This document shows positions 38,685-50,093 of a stretch of DNA of 64,000 nucleotides, one piece after another. Positions within the stretch are counted from its first letter, which is position 1. Each line of letters opens with the position of its first letter. The stretch comes from Nitrosopumilaceae archaeon (GTDB lineage: Archaea > Thermoproteota > Nitrososphaeria > Nitrososphaerales > Nitrosopumilaceae): contig OZ242365.1 of the NCBI GenBank assembly GCA_965208905.1, positions 1,344,001 through 1,408,000 of the forward strand, written 5' to 3'. A model generated the notes under the pieces. The model searched no databases. It was not told the DNA's origin and saw nothing but the letters and a program-made list of their open reading frames with translations. The position numbers were made by a program, and so were the translations under genes.

Positions 38685-39092
38685 ACATATTTTTGCATTT
38701 TTATTATATGTTATATCGTGTTTATAATTCGCCGCACAACTAGAATCCACGCATGTTGGCCCAAAAATTCGATGGTTGATACGTGCCATTTTGAACAAAT
38801 TTTGCGCAAGTTGTACTGTTTATGATCTGAATTTATGTCAGCTTTATAGTACAGATTTGTGAGAATCTTGATTATTCTGTATAAGTCCGAGATGTTTAAT
38901 ACCAAAACAAGAGATCTTGTATTTTTTTAATTAAACTAATAGTAATGACACTGAAAATATCAAATCTTTCTATACTTGACTATACGCTGAACTACAAATA
39001 CACTAATTCGAATAAATCTTGAAGTATATCGTGTCTTTGTAGGAGTCACTAAGTAGTAAATTTTAAAGGGAGCTGTAATCCTATGTTCAGTA

Positions 39093-39257
39093 ATGACTAC
39101 AAAAGTATATTGTGAACGATGCAACGAAGTTTTTTCATCACAAGAAAAATACCGCAAGCATCTTGATACGGTTCATTCTGGCATGTCGTGTGATACATGC
39201 ATTATCGATTTGGCCATAAGCAAGATATGTGGACTGTTTAAGAGAGCCTCCCAATAA
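39093..39257 (+). CDS. Small C2H2 zinc-finger protein (54 aa, below ORF-track cutoff)
   Basis: MTTKVYCERCNEVFSSQEKYRKHLDTVHSGMSCDTC. Confidence 0.65.
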   Translation: MTTKVYCERCNEVFSSQEKYRKHLDTVHSGMSCDTCIIDLAISKICGLFKRASQ

Positions 39258-39511
39258 AAATAATCCAAAATTATAACTTGTATATCTAACATATATGTAA
39301 TAGGAATCAAAAACTGCATAACCTCATTCCCGTAGCACACTGCCATAGTAAAACATGACGTTTTTATCAATTATTACATATGTGGTAACAGGTACAATCT
39401 TTATACTTTAATAACTCGCGGAATAACCCCATCAATTTATCAAAAAAAAAACACTTTACTAAAACCATGTTTTGATGTAATGTTGAAGATAACTTTACAC
39501 GTGTAGTCGAG

Positions 39512-39760
39512 ATGCACGCGCAGAACGAGTTTAGTTATAGCAGCGTGCAGGAGCGACTACACGGAAATATTAAACTGTTGCTTTGTAAGCATGGTGGTTT
39601 TATGGTAAGGAATTTTGCTTTAATTGTAATAACCATACTGGAGTACAATTTTTTTATACCACAAACGGCACTGGATGGTGAGACTCCGGCTGAGACAGCT
39701 AGTATGTTAATTGAAGAAGACGGTAAAGTTTTGATACTACTTGCAACCTCGACAGTCTAG
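39512..39760 (+). pseudogene. Degraded C-terminus of an IS6-like transposase
   Basis: ERLHGNIK...YNFFIPQTALDGETPAETA resembles YHNFVRPH...TPAEAAG of 25482-26741. Confidence 0.5.
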
Positions 39761-40089
39761 ACCTTTATATCTTGACGGCACATACACAAGACATTATTTG
39801 TGGTCGTGTAAAAAACCCTATTTTTGTGTTTTATATGGGGGTTCAGTTGACTGTGTATAAATAATATCTATGGTATGCCTGAAATACCGGCTACTCTTAT
39901 TTGGCACAGTATAGTTTACAATATATGATTGTTTAAAGTTGAATATAATGTAATTTTCATACGTGCTGGTTACGTGCCAAATGGCTTATTTTGGACCACT
40001 TTACCAATCAGTCGTAAATTCAACAGTATTTTGTCAGCACAAAGATTAATGTAAAACATTATATTTTTTGACTTATTTTTTATATAATA

Positions 40090-40437
40090 TTATGCTGGTA
40101 GTATGACCCTACCGGTATATTCTTTTATGTTGTCTGCACGAAGCCTAGATTCTATCTGCTCTCGTTGTTCAGTAAGTATACCTGTGGCTACCGCCTTTGA
40201 GTATCCCCGCGAATCTACAAGCGCTAGTATGTATCCACTCTGGTCTGTAAGGACAAATCCTGATGATTCATCAACAAAGGCATATAGGATCTCTTCTCCG
40301 ACAGGATTCCATGAACTGTTTACAGAGTCTGCAAGTGCCATGGCTGGCATACCGCGACCATCTGTTATCTCGTTTAGATACATGTGGGCAGCATCGACAC
40401 GTTTGCGTCCCACATTTAATGCCTTAAAGTATTGCAT
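40090..40437 (-). CDS. Hypothetical protein
   Basis: 115-aa ORF, TATA-like sequence upstream. Confidence 0.6.
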   Translation of the reverse strand: MQYFKALNVGRKRVDAAHMYLNEITDGRGMPAMALADSVNSSWNPVGEEILYAFVDESSGFVLTDQSGYILALVDSRGYSKAVATGILTEQREQIESRLRADNIKEYTGRVILPA

Positions 40438-40466
40438 ATGTTATCAACTTTTATACTGTATAAAAG

Positions 40467-41189
40467 TTATTGGATCGTACTACCAGACTTTGGATCCTTT
40501 AACAAAATAAGGATCTCTTTTAAGGTCTCCAAAATGTAGGTATTCTGCTCTTTGATCTCTTGTATGCTGTATAGACTGTCTTGCGCATTGCGGAAGAGTA
40601 ACCACCTGTACCATCCTCTCTCCAGTAGCATTATAGAGTGTAGCATTGTGTTGGCCTTTGATTTGGACAGTCCGTTCTCCAATAGTATTTGACGAATCTG
40701 CGACTCTGTACTATCTCCACGCATTATATCCTGCATGTAATGGCTGGTCAAGTCTATTATGCAGTTCAACTGTTCCTTGTCGATACCAAACCTCTCAACA
40801 ACTGAATCGTTATTTATCTTGTCCATCCATAGCGAGTCTATTATTTTGGAGAATGATTCATCGAATCTTTTATCATCAATCTTATTTATCTGGCTTATCT
40901 GGTATCGTATGGTAGGTGCATGCTTCTTCATGTTAGACACTATCAGACGGGCCCATGTCTCCTCTAGGCCTAACTCCATCAGACGATTACCAATCTTTAT
41001 TCCGTCATGTTTGGTGATGTCCATCTGTACACGAGATAGTAGTGGAACCAAGTCATCATAATATTGTGGTATCTTAAAGGTGTCCGGATTTAGGTCTGAG
41101 ACTATAAGGGCGCGCTCCTCATCGTTCAGTAAATTGAAAAAGTTGATTGAAACTCGTATGTCGTGACTTTCAGCATCAAAGAGACTCAT
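40467..41189 (-). CDS. Hypothetical protein
   Basis: 240-aa helical-looking ORF. Confidence 0.6.
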   Translation of the reverse strand: MSLFDAESHDIRVSINFFNLLNDEERALIVSDLNPDTFKIPQYYDDLVPLLSRVQMDITKHDGIKIGNRLMELGLEETWARLIVSNMKKHAPTIRYQISQINKIDDKRFDESFSKIIDSLWMDKINNDSVVERFGIDKEQLNCIIDLTSHYMQDIMRGDSTESQIRQILLENGLSKSKANTMLHSIMLLERGWYRWLLFRNAQDSLYSIQEIKEQNTYILETLKEILILLKDPKSGSTIQ

Positions 41190-41371
41190 TGCGTTAACAC
41201 CCAGTCTATACGGGCTATAAGCAAGTCTATTCTCTCCTTAAATATGTCATTATACCTTAACCCATAACGTCCTGGAGTAACATTTCTGGGGACTCTCTTT
41301 TTACCCCACAATGAATAGTAATGTCTCTTATTTTGCAATACACTTTCAAGATGTTTGTCTGTATTTATTAT

Positions 41372-43204
41372 TTACATTTTGTGTGGCGCATCAATACCCA
41401 GTACACTTAGAGCATTATACATTACAATATTAAATGCCTCTGTTAGGTATAGTCGTCCACTCTCATATTTGCCAGATCCTATTATTGTACATGACTCATA
41501 AAATGCATTAAATGCAACGGCCAAGTCATGACAGTATCGAGCAACCACCTTTGGAGAGAGATTCGACGTTGCATCACGTATTACTAAAGGATACATACTC
41601 AATAAACGCAGAAGCTCACGCTCTTTCTGCTCGTTTAGATTTGGCGTACAATTATGATCAAAATTCGGTACTCTCTCTAATATACGGCAGGCCCGCGCAT
41701 ACGAGTATAGTATGTAGGGTGCAGTATCTCCATCCAGACGAGTGGATGTATCCATATCAAATGTTATGGCGCGCCCTAAATCCTGACGGATCATCTCATA
41801 GCGCAGTGTGGCTACAGATAGTGCATGTGATATCAAATGTAGTGCGTGTGAGTCTAACTTTGGATTCCTCTTGGAGGTCTCATGATGTGCATTATCGTAT
41901 AGTGCTTTGTAGACTGCATCGACTCCTACGTATATGCCCCGGCGGCCCGACATCTGCGCCTGCCCATCGGTGTCTATACCCATACCAGTAGCCGTCTTTC
42001 TACTTAGTGTTACTGCCTCGTATCCTAGATGTATGTACTTTTTACTGCCCATATCTGCGAGTATATTTGTTATTATATTCTGTAGATTTGATTGACGACT
42101 GTCGATGACAGTTATCACCATATCGACATTAAATGACATGTCTGCACCATCTTGTAGAGTGGTCTGATACAGAGTACTGCCAGGCTGACCTTCATACTCT
42201 ACATACTTGAAGGGGTCTGGTATGATGCCTACCTTCCAGGCTGCATAAGGTATGTCCTTTGCCATATATGTGGCGGTACCATTGCTACGTACCAAGACTT
42301 TGTCGTTTATGACCCAGCATCCTGTATTTTCACCTTTGGTTTCGAATTTTGTTATCTTCATACTTTTTAGTCTATCAAATATTTCATGCCACATTCCAGA
42401 CAGCACTATGTGGGACTCAAAGTTTAGTATGTCATACGATACACCAAGATTCCAGCATGTCTCAAGCTGAGCGGCCAGCACCTGCCGGGTTATCTGTTCT
42501 GCCATGCGGGCATCATCTGTGTCACCCTGCTCTATATTGTATAGTATCCTGTTTCGTATATCTAACAGTTCCGGGTGTGTTTCATATTGTATGTTGGTGT
42601 TTACGTATACTGTATCACCACAATATGCATCAAACTTTACCCCCAATGGAGACTCCATATCATACTTGAGATGTTTGAAACCCAGTACTATGTCGGCCAC
42701 CTGTAGCCCTAAATCGTCTATATAATTTAGTACTTTGACTGTGTATCCTGCCTTCTTTAGTATGCGAGAGATAACATCTCCAACTATTACGTTTCGCGCA
42801 TGGCCTATATGTAGTGCCTTGTTGGGATTTACACTGGTATGCTCTACTATACAAGACTGATCTGATGTCATACTACCGTATCCGTCCTGCGTGGATGCGG
42901 TTAATATGATCTGGGTCAGCTTATCCCAGTCTGCATATGCATTGATATATCCCGAAGGGTGGGCCTGTATGGACTTTATCAAACCTTCGGATGATGTGTG
43001 GCAACCATCAACTATACGGGATGCTATCTGCGCAGGGCTTTGGCGTAATCTTTTGGATAACAGAAATGCCACGTTACTACTTACATCACCATAACCTCTC
43101 TGGGCAGGCTCTACTACAAACTCTACTTGTTCTTGCATTATGTTATTGTGTATGGAGTGCTGTATTACATCCTGAACCTGTTGTAGTAGTGTGTTGTACA
43201 CCAT
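41372..43204 (-). CDS. argS: Arginine--tRNA ligase
   Basis: EHTSVNPNKALHIGHARN, MSGRRG, GDTAPYILYSYARA, LGIDAPHKM. Confidence 0.95.
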   Translation of the reverse strand: MVYNTLLQQVQDVIQHSIHNNIMQEQVEFVVEPAQRGYGDVSSNVAFLLSKRLRQSPAQIASRIVDGCHTSSEGLIKSIQAHPSGYINAYADWDKLTQIILTASTQDGYGSMTSDQSCIVEHTSVNPNKALHIGHARNVIVGDVISRILKKAGYTVKVLNYIDDLGLQVADIVLGFKHLKYDMESPLGVKFDAYCGDTVYVNTNIQYETHPELLDIRNRILYNIEQGDTDDARMAEQITRQVLAAQLETCWNLGVSYDILNFESHIVLSGMWHEIFDRLKSMKITKFETKGENTGCWVINDKVLVRSNGTATYMAKDIPYAAWKVGIIPDPFKYVEYEGQPGSTLYQTTLQDGADMSFNVDMVITVIDSRQSNLQNIITNILADMGSKKYIHLGYEAVTLSRKTATGMGIDTDGQAQMSGRRGIYVGVDAVYKALYDNAHHETSKRNPKLDSHALHLISHALSVATLRYEMIRQDLGRAITFDMDTSTRLDGDTAPYILYSYARACRILERVPNFDHNCTPNLNEQKERELLRLLSMYPLVIRDATSNLSPKVVARYCHDLAVAFNAFYESCTIIGSGKYESGRLYLTEAFNIVMYNALSVLGIDAPHKM

Positions 43205-43207
43205 TGT

Positions 43208-43894
43208 CTATACCATCCTGGGAGCCAATATCTGAAGAGCCTCCACAACGCCATCCCCTTTGGGGGATGATGTCACTATGTCTGCACACTCTTTTACGTC
43301 TGGTACTGCATTTGATACAGTTACGCTGATTCCTGCCTCCTTGAACATGGGTATATCTGTAATGCTATCTCCTATGGCTATGATGTTCTCAGAAGATATA
43401 TCGTATAATGACATAATCTCACGCACGCCACGACCCTTATCTATACCTGTTGAATTGATGTGATATGCATATCCACTATCTGACAGTTCGACATCTAAAT
43501 TGACATCACGTATTACATCTTGACCTTCTTTGATGTCGAATGTGCGGTTCAATACAACCTCGGTCATTCGTGGAAATACAGGCTTTTGCTGTACATTTGG
43601 TATATGGGATTGTAGTACTTTTAGCGCCTGCTGGCATTTGGTGATGTCGCCCAGCATAGTATGTGATGATGCCTCATGAGTGATACATCCTCCGTTTTCA
43701 CCCACCGCCACATCGCCAGTTCCACCAAATATGGATAGTATGTATGCCTCTATCGAAGATCTTCCGGTCACATATATGACGCGATGGCCTGATGCAGCAG
43801 CACTTCGTAGTGAGCTGAGCGCCCCTAGATGTATGATCCCATTACCATTCTCGGTTATGGTGCCATCGATATCTACCGTTAATACCCATGTCAA
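43208..43894 (-). CDS. Archaeal phosphoglycolate phosphatase (HAD, SPP-like)
   Basis: DIDGTIT, ENGG, DKGRG, AIGDSITD. Confidence 0.85.
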   Translation of the reverse strand: MTWVLTVDIDGTITENGNGIIHLGALSSLRSAAASGHRVIYVTGRSSIEAYILSIFGGTGDVAVGENGGCITHEASSHTMLGDITKCQQALKVLQSHIPNVQQKPVFPRMTEVVLNRTFDIKEGQDVIRDVNLDVELSDSGYAYHINSTGIDKGRGVREIMSLYDISSENIIAIGDSITDIPMFKEAGISVTVSNAVPDVKECADIVTSSPKGDGVVEALQILAPRMV

Positions 43895-43901
43895 TTGTAC
43901 A

Positions 43902-46094
43902 CTATTCCTTGTCGATAAACTCTGAAGCTGCAGGTGGTTCTGGTGATATACCTTTTCGTTTTCGTATGGTGCTTATTGATTCGGCGAGGAGGGACTTTGG
44001 AACTTCAGACCATGCTTTAAAGTGAGTGTTCCACATGGCTTTGCCGGCCGTCTGTCCCCGCATCTCCTCAGATAATGTAAATGTCTCTGATGCAGGAATC
44101 TCGCCTATCACTATACTGGCAGGCCCTTTCTGTTGCATGTCAAGTACGCGACCACGCTTGCCGGACAGCACGGTGGCGACATTTCCCACCAAATCTGTGG
44201 GAACCCTCACCTCTATTGCCAGCATGGGCTCTAACAGTTTGGTTCCGGCAGTTATCAAGGCTCCCATACAGGCACGTCTTGACGCAGGCCCAAGTTGAGA
44301 TAGTCCGCGGTGAGCCGTATCTTCATGAGGCACAAAGTGTGTAAATATGAATTTGCAGTCACGCATCTGCTCCCTGCATAGGGGGCCCTCCCTCATGACC
44401 TCCTCAAAGCCCGAGTTTATCGAGTCGGTGGACTCTTGTACAAATTGGACACCCTTTGTACCATTTATCAGGACATTTCCTCTGGAATCAAACTTCATAA
44501 CTCTCTTTATGGTGTCGGTATCCCAGCCCTGAGCTTTTAATAGTGCTGCAACCTCCGCCTTGTCCTTCAGGTCACTGATCTCGCCGGTCCTAAGCATATC
44601 TGCAATAGCTGGCTCAAGAGGTTCTACACGCATAAATATTTTATTGTGTCGGTTGGGCGACTTTGACATTACTGCTTCACATTCCCCTTTTACCGCCTCA
44701 CGGTAGTTGATGAGTGGTTCAGATGTTACAATATCGACCTTGGCATCCTGTATGCGATGCGTAGCCACATCTAGGTGTAGTACGCCCATACCTGCAACTA
44801 TGGTCTCACCACTCTCCTCATCTATCTTTACGACTAGATTGGGATCTTCGATGGTCAGCTGTTTGAGTACATCCACTAGTTTGGGTAGGTCCTTGGGATG
44901 TTTGGGCTCCACGGCAACCTGCACGACAGGTTCGGAGACGTACTTTATTCCCTCAAAGACATGTATGTCCTTAATTGTCGATAATGTGTTTCCGGCACGT
45001 GCTTCTGTCATGCCCAAGAGGGCAGGTATATTTCCTGCTCCCAACTCGCCCACCTGCTCGCGCTGATTCCCCATGAAAAAGTTGACTGATTGTATACGAC
45101 CCGGTTTGCGAGCATCAATGATGTTCACCGTCTGACCGTCTTGTATTGTACCCGAGAATAGCCGCCCTATGGCTACTGGCCCAGCGGCCCTGTCTAGTAC
45201 CATGTTCACCACCATCATTATGGTGGGACCATCATCTCTGCACTCCAACAATGACTTCCCTATATCTGAGTCTAAATCTCCATGCCAAATCTTTGGTATA
45301 CGATACTTTTGAGCAATGTCTGGGGGCGGATGATGCTTTACCACCATTCCCAAGACTGCTTCAGCCAAAGGCGCCCTTGTAACTAATTCGTCCACACTCC
45401 CTGTTGTGTATGCTTCCATGACATCCTTGAATGTTATACCCTTCTCTTTCATGGCATCTACGTTGATGGCCCAACGATCTTTGGCCGAACCAAAGGTTAC
45501 GCTGGCATCCTGTATGGATACCTTCCAGGCTTGCCTGTACTCATCCTCGGCATATGTGTCGATTAACTGATTAAAGTTTGATACCACATTGGCTAGTGAC
45601 TCTTGCATCTTTTCAGGAGTGAGACGTAGTTCCTTGATGAGCCTGTCCACCTTGTTTATGAATAGAACCGGCTTTACGCGCTCTTCAAGTGCCATACGTG
45701 TAACCGTCTCTGTCTGAGTCATTATTCCCTCTACCGCATCACAGACCACCACGGCACCATCAATGGCCCGCAGACTACGTATGACCCTCCCACTAAAGTC
45801 GACGTGGCCTGGCGTGTCTATCATGTTTATTACGTACTCTTTGTCTTTTTGCGTAAAGTGTAATGTCACATTCGCCTGGTATATTGTAATACCCCGTTCC
45901 TGCTCCTCTTTGTCGTAGTCCATGGCTAAAGCCTTACCTGCTGTGGACGGGGCAATAATTCCCGAGTATGCCAGTAGACTGTCACTCATGGTGGTCTTAC
46001 CGTGGTCCACATGCGCAATTACGCCAAAGTTCCGGATCTGATCTTTCTGCTTGATTATTTTTAGCACCTGTTCGGTGGACTTGTACTTTGGCAT
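43902..46094 (-). CDS. fusA: Translation elongation factor EF-2
   Basis: AHVDHGKTT, RGITI, DTPGH, NKVD, diphthamide loop HEDTAHRG. Confidence 0.97.
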   Translation of the reverse strand: MPKYKSTEQVLKIIKQKDQIRNFGVIAHVDHGKTTMSDSLLAYSGIIAPSTAGKALAMDYDKEEQERGITIYQANVTLHFTQKDKEYVINMIDTPGHVDFSGRVIRSLRAIDGAVVVCDAVEGIMTQTETVTRMALEERVKPVLFINKVDRLIKELRLTPEKMQESLANVVSNFNQLIDTYAEDEYRQAWKVSIQDASVTFGSAKDRWAINVDAMKEKGITFKDVMEAYTTGSVDELVTRAPLAEAVLGMVVKHHPPPDIAQKYRIPKIWHGDLDSDIGKSLLECRDDGPTIMMVVNMVLDRAAGPVAIGRLFSGTIQDGQTVNIIDARKPGRIQSVNFFMGNQREQVGELGAGNIPALLGMTEARAGNTLSTIKDIHVFEGIKYVSEPVVQVAVEPKHPKDLPKLVDVLKQLTIEDPNLVVKIDEESGETIVAGMGVLHLDVATHRIQDAKVDIVTSEPLINYREAVKGECEAVMSKSPNRHNKIFMRVEPLEPAIADMLRTGEISDLKDKAEVAALLKAQGWDTDTIKRVMKFDSRGNVLINGTKGVQFVQESTDSINSGFEEVMREGPLCREQMRDCKFIFTHFVPHEDTAHRGLSQLGPASRRACMGALITAGTKLLEPMLAIEVRVPTDLVGNVATVLSGKRGRVLDMQQKGPASIVIGEIPASETFTLSEEMRGQTAGKAMWNTHFKAWSEVPKSLLAESISTIRKRKGISPEPPAASEFIDKE

Positions 46095-47186
46095 GATTCT
46101 TCCATAAAAAATTGACATATTAAACCTTAGGTAATGCATTGTTGCAGACTCTACTGACTACTTTACGCCAACGATAGTACATACGACTGAAACTTGAATA
46201 TCTGGTTTGAAGGAATCTGATTGACCTTATAACATCGTATATGTGCGCAGACTTCTTGGTTACTGAATATCATACAGTTATGGTGACCTTTCTGTCACGC
46301 AATATCGCCCTTAGCGTGCCCTTGGCAAGCATACCCTTTTCTAAACCATTCATAGCCTCATGTAGCCATAACTATGTTATCCTCATTCCATCATTGAAAT
46401 CTACTATTTATTTTGAAAATTTATTCACAGTTAAATCTAGAGCATACTGAAAAAATAATTATTTTGTCTTATCGGACTCATCTATTTTATTTGGACGTAC
46501 GTCCATTTTTCCTATAATAACCCAACATTATTAAATTTCAATTTATTTTGACTAACCATATATGGCAGTTTTTTAACGATGTGGTCACTGTGAGTTGTAA
46601 ATACTAACTCGTTATTTTTTCAACAACCTGTACATTCCAAAGCTCACGGTTACATTATTTAACCTATATTTAATACAGGTAATAGTGCCGTAACGCCCTC
46701 AATTGATACCCCGGAACCCAAACGCAAGCTGTATCCAGACAATACTCAACATATGTGGTGTGAAAAAATATAGATGATCACCCAAACACATTGGGATGTC
46801 ACGCATGATTTTTTGGAATTATTGTAAAATTATACGCCTATAATAATCAGATTAACATCCACAATGTTACAACAAAAGTCATTGCATCCAAGCGTTAAGA
46901 GTAATTTATTTGGAAGGAGCCAGACATTATATGTGATTGTGTAAAAAAATACTACTTTTACACTCAACATGTAAAACAGCCAAATAAATATAGGTAATGC
47001 TCATTTTTATCGATTTTTTCAAATATATTTGATATTAATCTTTATCATAACATCTGTGTTTTATAACATGTCACATTTACGTGGACTAACCTCACCATTC
47101 ATACAGAATACCTAAAGAAATGTGATACCTTTGCAGCAAAATCAAAATAATCTAAAAGCATTTTTAGAGATTATACATACTGCTAT

Positions 47187-47750
47187 GTGATGGAGCGGTA
47201 CATGGTACATCTGCACAATGAAAGATATGACCGACATGATGCTACATCGATACTGCAACAGGCCCGAAGTCTGACTAATAATGATATCACAGTCCGGGAT
47301 GTACGAGTATCTAAAATGCACATCGAGATGGATATTACAATACCTGATGGTGCACTAAACGACACAATAATAGCAGTACGCCCCATTGGTGATATGCTTG
47401 ATGCGCATCGCATAATAAATGAGCAGGTCATCAAAGAAGAGGCCATACAGGATGGCATTGCATACTTTAATGCAGAACGCTTTTGGGAGTCTCACGAAGC
47501 CTTTGAGGCTGCATGGAAAGAATGCTTTGATGGAGAGAAAGATCTAGTACAGGGTATCATATTAGCAGCAGCAGGCTTTGTACATTACCAAAAGAGTCAG
47601 GATGTGATATGCCTCTCTATATTTAACAGGGCACTACAAAAACTATCCCCGTGTACAGGAGTATATCACAGTATGGATGTAGAACGATTAAAGGCCAAAC
47701 TATACGATATGGTCCAAAGCAAGAGCATTTCTACCTTTGAGCTTGTATAA
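47187..47750 (+). CDS. DUF309 domain protein
   Basis: YFNAERFWESHEAFEAAW...VQGIILAAAGFVH. Confidence 0.8.
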   Translation: MMERYMVHLHNERYDRHDATSILQQARSLTNNDITVRDVRVSKMHIEMDITIPDGALNDTIIAVRPIGDMLDAHRIINEQVIKEEAIQDGIAYFNAERFWESHEAFEAAWKECFDGEKDLVQGIILAAAGFVHYQKSQDVICLSIFNRALQKLSPCTGVYHSMDVERLKAKLYDMVQSKSISTFELV

Positions 47751-49008
47751 TGTCTATGGCGGTACTTAGTACTTGTGAACCCTCCAGTAATCCTATGCGA
47801 CCCTGCCGTGCAAAGGCCTCTGTCATACGGGAGGTTGAATCGATACGGGTCTTTCTGCCTGAAACTAGCAGTGGAACTGGATCATCACTGTGCGCCTTGT
47901 TTATACATGGTGTGGAGTGATCTGCTGACACTACGACGGCGACCTTCTCTATGTCTATTCTATCTAGGAGTGGCCCAAAAAAGTTCTTGTCTATATCTTG
48001 TATGTTTTTGGTCTTGCCATTAGCATCACCGTCATGACCATACACATCAGGTCCTTTTATGTGCACGTAATTGGCATTCTGTGTCTGCATGGCCTCTGCG
48101 GCAACCCGAGCCTTTTGTGTATAGTCGGTACTATCGCCGCCCTCAAAACCCTTCATGTTTAGCACCTTGGCTATTCCTTGCTCTACAGGCATGTCCACTA
48201 TACAAGAAAACTTCATCGAGTACTTTCTATCTATGGGTATTAGTACAGGATACTTACTACCTGCATCTCGAAGCAGTATACAACTAAGACTCTTTTGGTT
48301 GTTTTTCTGTCTATATGCATTGACCTTACTATTTTTCATTATTCGTATGGACTGTTCTGTGAACTCGTTGATCAACTGGGCACTATGGTTGGCCTCTTGT
48401 ACCATGGGAAGACATCTATCTATTCGTAGTACGTCCCCCACTGCCTTTGCAATTCCCATACCTCCGACGTTTGAGTATGCCGGATCTGTGTTGGTTATTC
48501 TACCTGATAGTGGTTGATCACTGCGCAGCACAACTGTGACTCTGTGACCTACTGTGGGTACCACCTTTACCGATGACTTTCCATCAGAGAATTGTATGTT
48601 GTCTTCTAGCTCCTTGGCGATGGCTACAGATTCCTCACTCTTTATTACACGACCTGCACGCCGGTCAGTTATTACTCCTGAATCATCCATTGTAGCAAAG
48701 TTTCCCCGTAGTGCCAAATCTCCATCCTGAAAGTCCAGTCCCACACCAATGGACTCTATAACTCCTCTTCCTACATAGTCTGCGTGTGAAAACTTGTAGC
48801 CTAACATGTTGAATACTGCAATATCTGACTCTGGCGCTATTCCACGTCCAACTGATATGACCTCGCCTAATGCACCATCTTTACATAGTTGGTCAAGGTT
48901 GGGTGTTGAAGCAGCCTCTAATGGGGTGATGCCGTCCAAATCCGGATGTGGAAGATCCCCCACACCATCTAACAGTACGTATATCATACGAATGTCCGAG
49001 TTTCCCAC
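47731..49008 (-). CDS. apgM: 2,3-bisphosphoglycerate-independent phosphoglycerate mutase
   Basis: LDGVGD, TPLEAA.TPNLD, PESD, DRRAGR, HIKGPD..GHDG, ADHSTP. Confidence 0.92.
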   Translation of the reverse strand: MGNSDIRMIYVLLDGVGDLPHPDLDGITPLEAASTPNLDQLCKDGALGEVISVGRGIAPESDIAVFNMLGYKFSHADYVGRGVIESIGVGLDFQDGDLALRGNFATMDDSGVITDRRAGRVIKSEESVAIAKELEDNIQFSDGKSSVKVVPTVGHRVTVVLRSDQPLSGRITNTDPAYSNVGGMGIAKAVGDVLRIDRCLPMVQEANHSAQLINEFTEQSIRIMKNSKVNAYRQKNNQKSLSCILLRDAGSKYPVLIPIDRKYSMKFSCIVDMPVEQGIAKVLNMKGFEGGDSTDYTQKARVAAEAMQTQNANYVHIKGPDVYGHDGDANGKTKNIQDIDKNFFGPLLDRIDIEKVAVVVSADHSTPCINKAHSDDPVPLLVSGRKTRIDSTSRMTEAFARQGRIGLLEGSQVLSTAIDIIQAQR

Positions 49009-49286
49009 ATGTGTGATAATTTTTAGTCACTATTTTAATCATATATGATGCGTCCTGCAAAGTCACAAAACTTGGCATTCCGTATATTCTAACTACTTTG
49101 TTTTTTTGGAACTGGAAAGAAACACTAACCTGCACAGCGTGGGAAATTGCTGATCTGGAGTGGAAATGAGGTCTATATAGTGGAGCGGAAACATAGGTCA
49201 GAGTAGAAATGGGAGTCAGGCTGGCGTTTCTTACCGGTTCCAACTGCACTCCTAAACTATTAATGGGCTAATCTTGTGGTATAATT

Positions 49287-50093
49287 ATGCTAAAGTCCGA
49301 ACCAACAAAGATATTCACCGATGTCAGTGAGGCCGAGATCACTCGGGCAATCGCCACTGAGTTTCATGAAGTACTGATGGATAGAAGCGTATCTGATGTT
49401 ATAATCATTGGGGCTGGGCCAGCAGGACTGACTGCTAGTCGTGAGCTTGCAAACATGGGCCTCCGGGTTTTGGTTATAGAACAGAATAACTATCTTGGAG
49501 GCGGGTTTTGGCTTGGTGGCTATATGATGAACCCCGTTACTGTTAGAGAACCTGCTCAAAAAGTCTGGGATGAATTAGGTGTACCATACAAAAAGGTGCG
49601 CGAAGGCCTATACCTTACTCCGGGACCACATGCTGTATCAAAATTGATAGCTGGCGCCTGTGATGCCGGTGTCAAATTCCTTAACTTGACAAAGTTTGAT
49701 GATCTTGTACTAAAGAATGGTCGTGTTGCTGGCATAGTGGTGAACTGGATGCCGGTCTCAGCCTTACCGCGAAACATCACATGCGTGGATCCTGTTGCTT
49801 TGGAGGCCAAGGTAATAATTGATGCTTCCGGTCACGATTCAGTGGCGGTAAAACGTCTGGTGGACCGTGGTCTGGTGGAGTGGAAGGGAATGAATCCCAT
49901 GTATGTAGATGAGGGTGAGGAGCATGTGGTGCACAAGACCGGCGAGATATTTCCAGGTCTTGTAATAGCTGGCATGTCTGTTACAGAGACGCATGGTCTG
50001 GCTCGCATGGGCCCCACATTTGGCTCCATGCTATTCTCGGGCAAGAAGGCTGCCGAGGTAGCTGCTGCCAAACTAAAGGAAGCCATACAGTGA
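49287..50093 (+). CDS. thi4: Thiazole biosynthesis enzyme Thi4
   Basis: IIGAGPAGL, GGGFWLGG, CVDP, DASGHD, RMGPTFGSM. Confidence 0.93.
   Translation: MLKSEPTKIFTDVSEAEITRAIATEFHEVLMDRSVSDVIIIGAGPAGLTASRELANMGLRVLVIEQNNYLGGGFWLGGYMMNPVTVREPAQKVWDELGVPYKKVREGLYLTPGPHAVSKLIAGACDAGVKFLNLTKFDDLVLKNGRVAGIVVNWMPVSALPRNITCVDPVALEAKVIIDASGHDSVAVKRLVDRGLVEWKGMNPMYVDEGEEHVVHKTGEIFPGLVIAGMSVTETHGLARMGPTFGSMLFSGKKAAEVAAAKLKEAIQ

Noticed and set aside
46140-47180. Replication origin or ncRNA in the 1-kb AT-rich gap
   Set aside because: No ORB-like repeats, no adjacent cdc6/orc1, and no clear structure seen
49050-49286. TPP riboswitch upstream of thi4
   Set aside because: Conserved CUGAGA and CCUGA...AGCG core motifs not found
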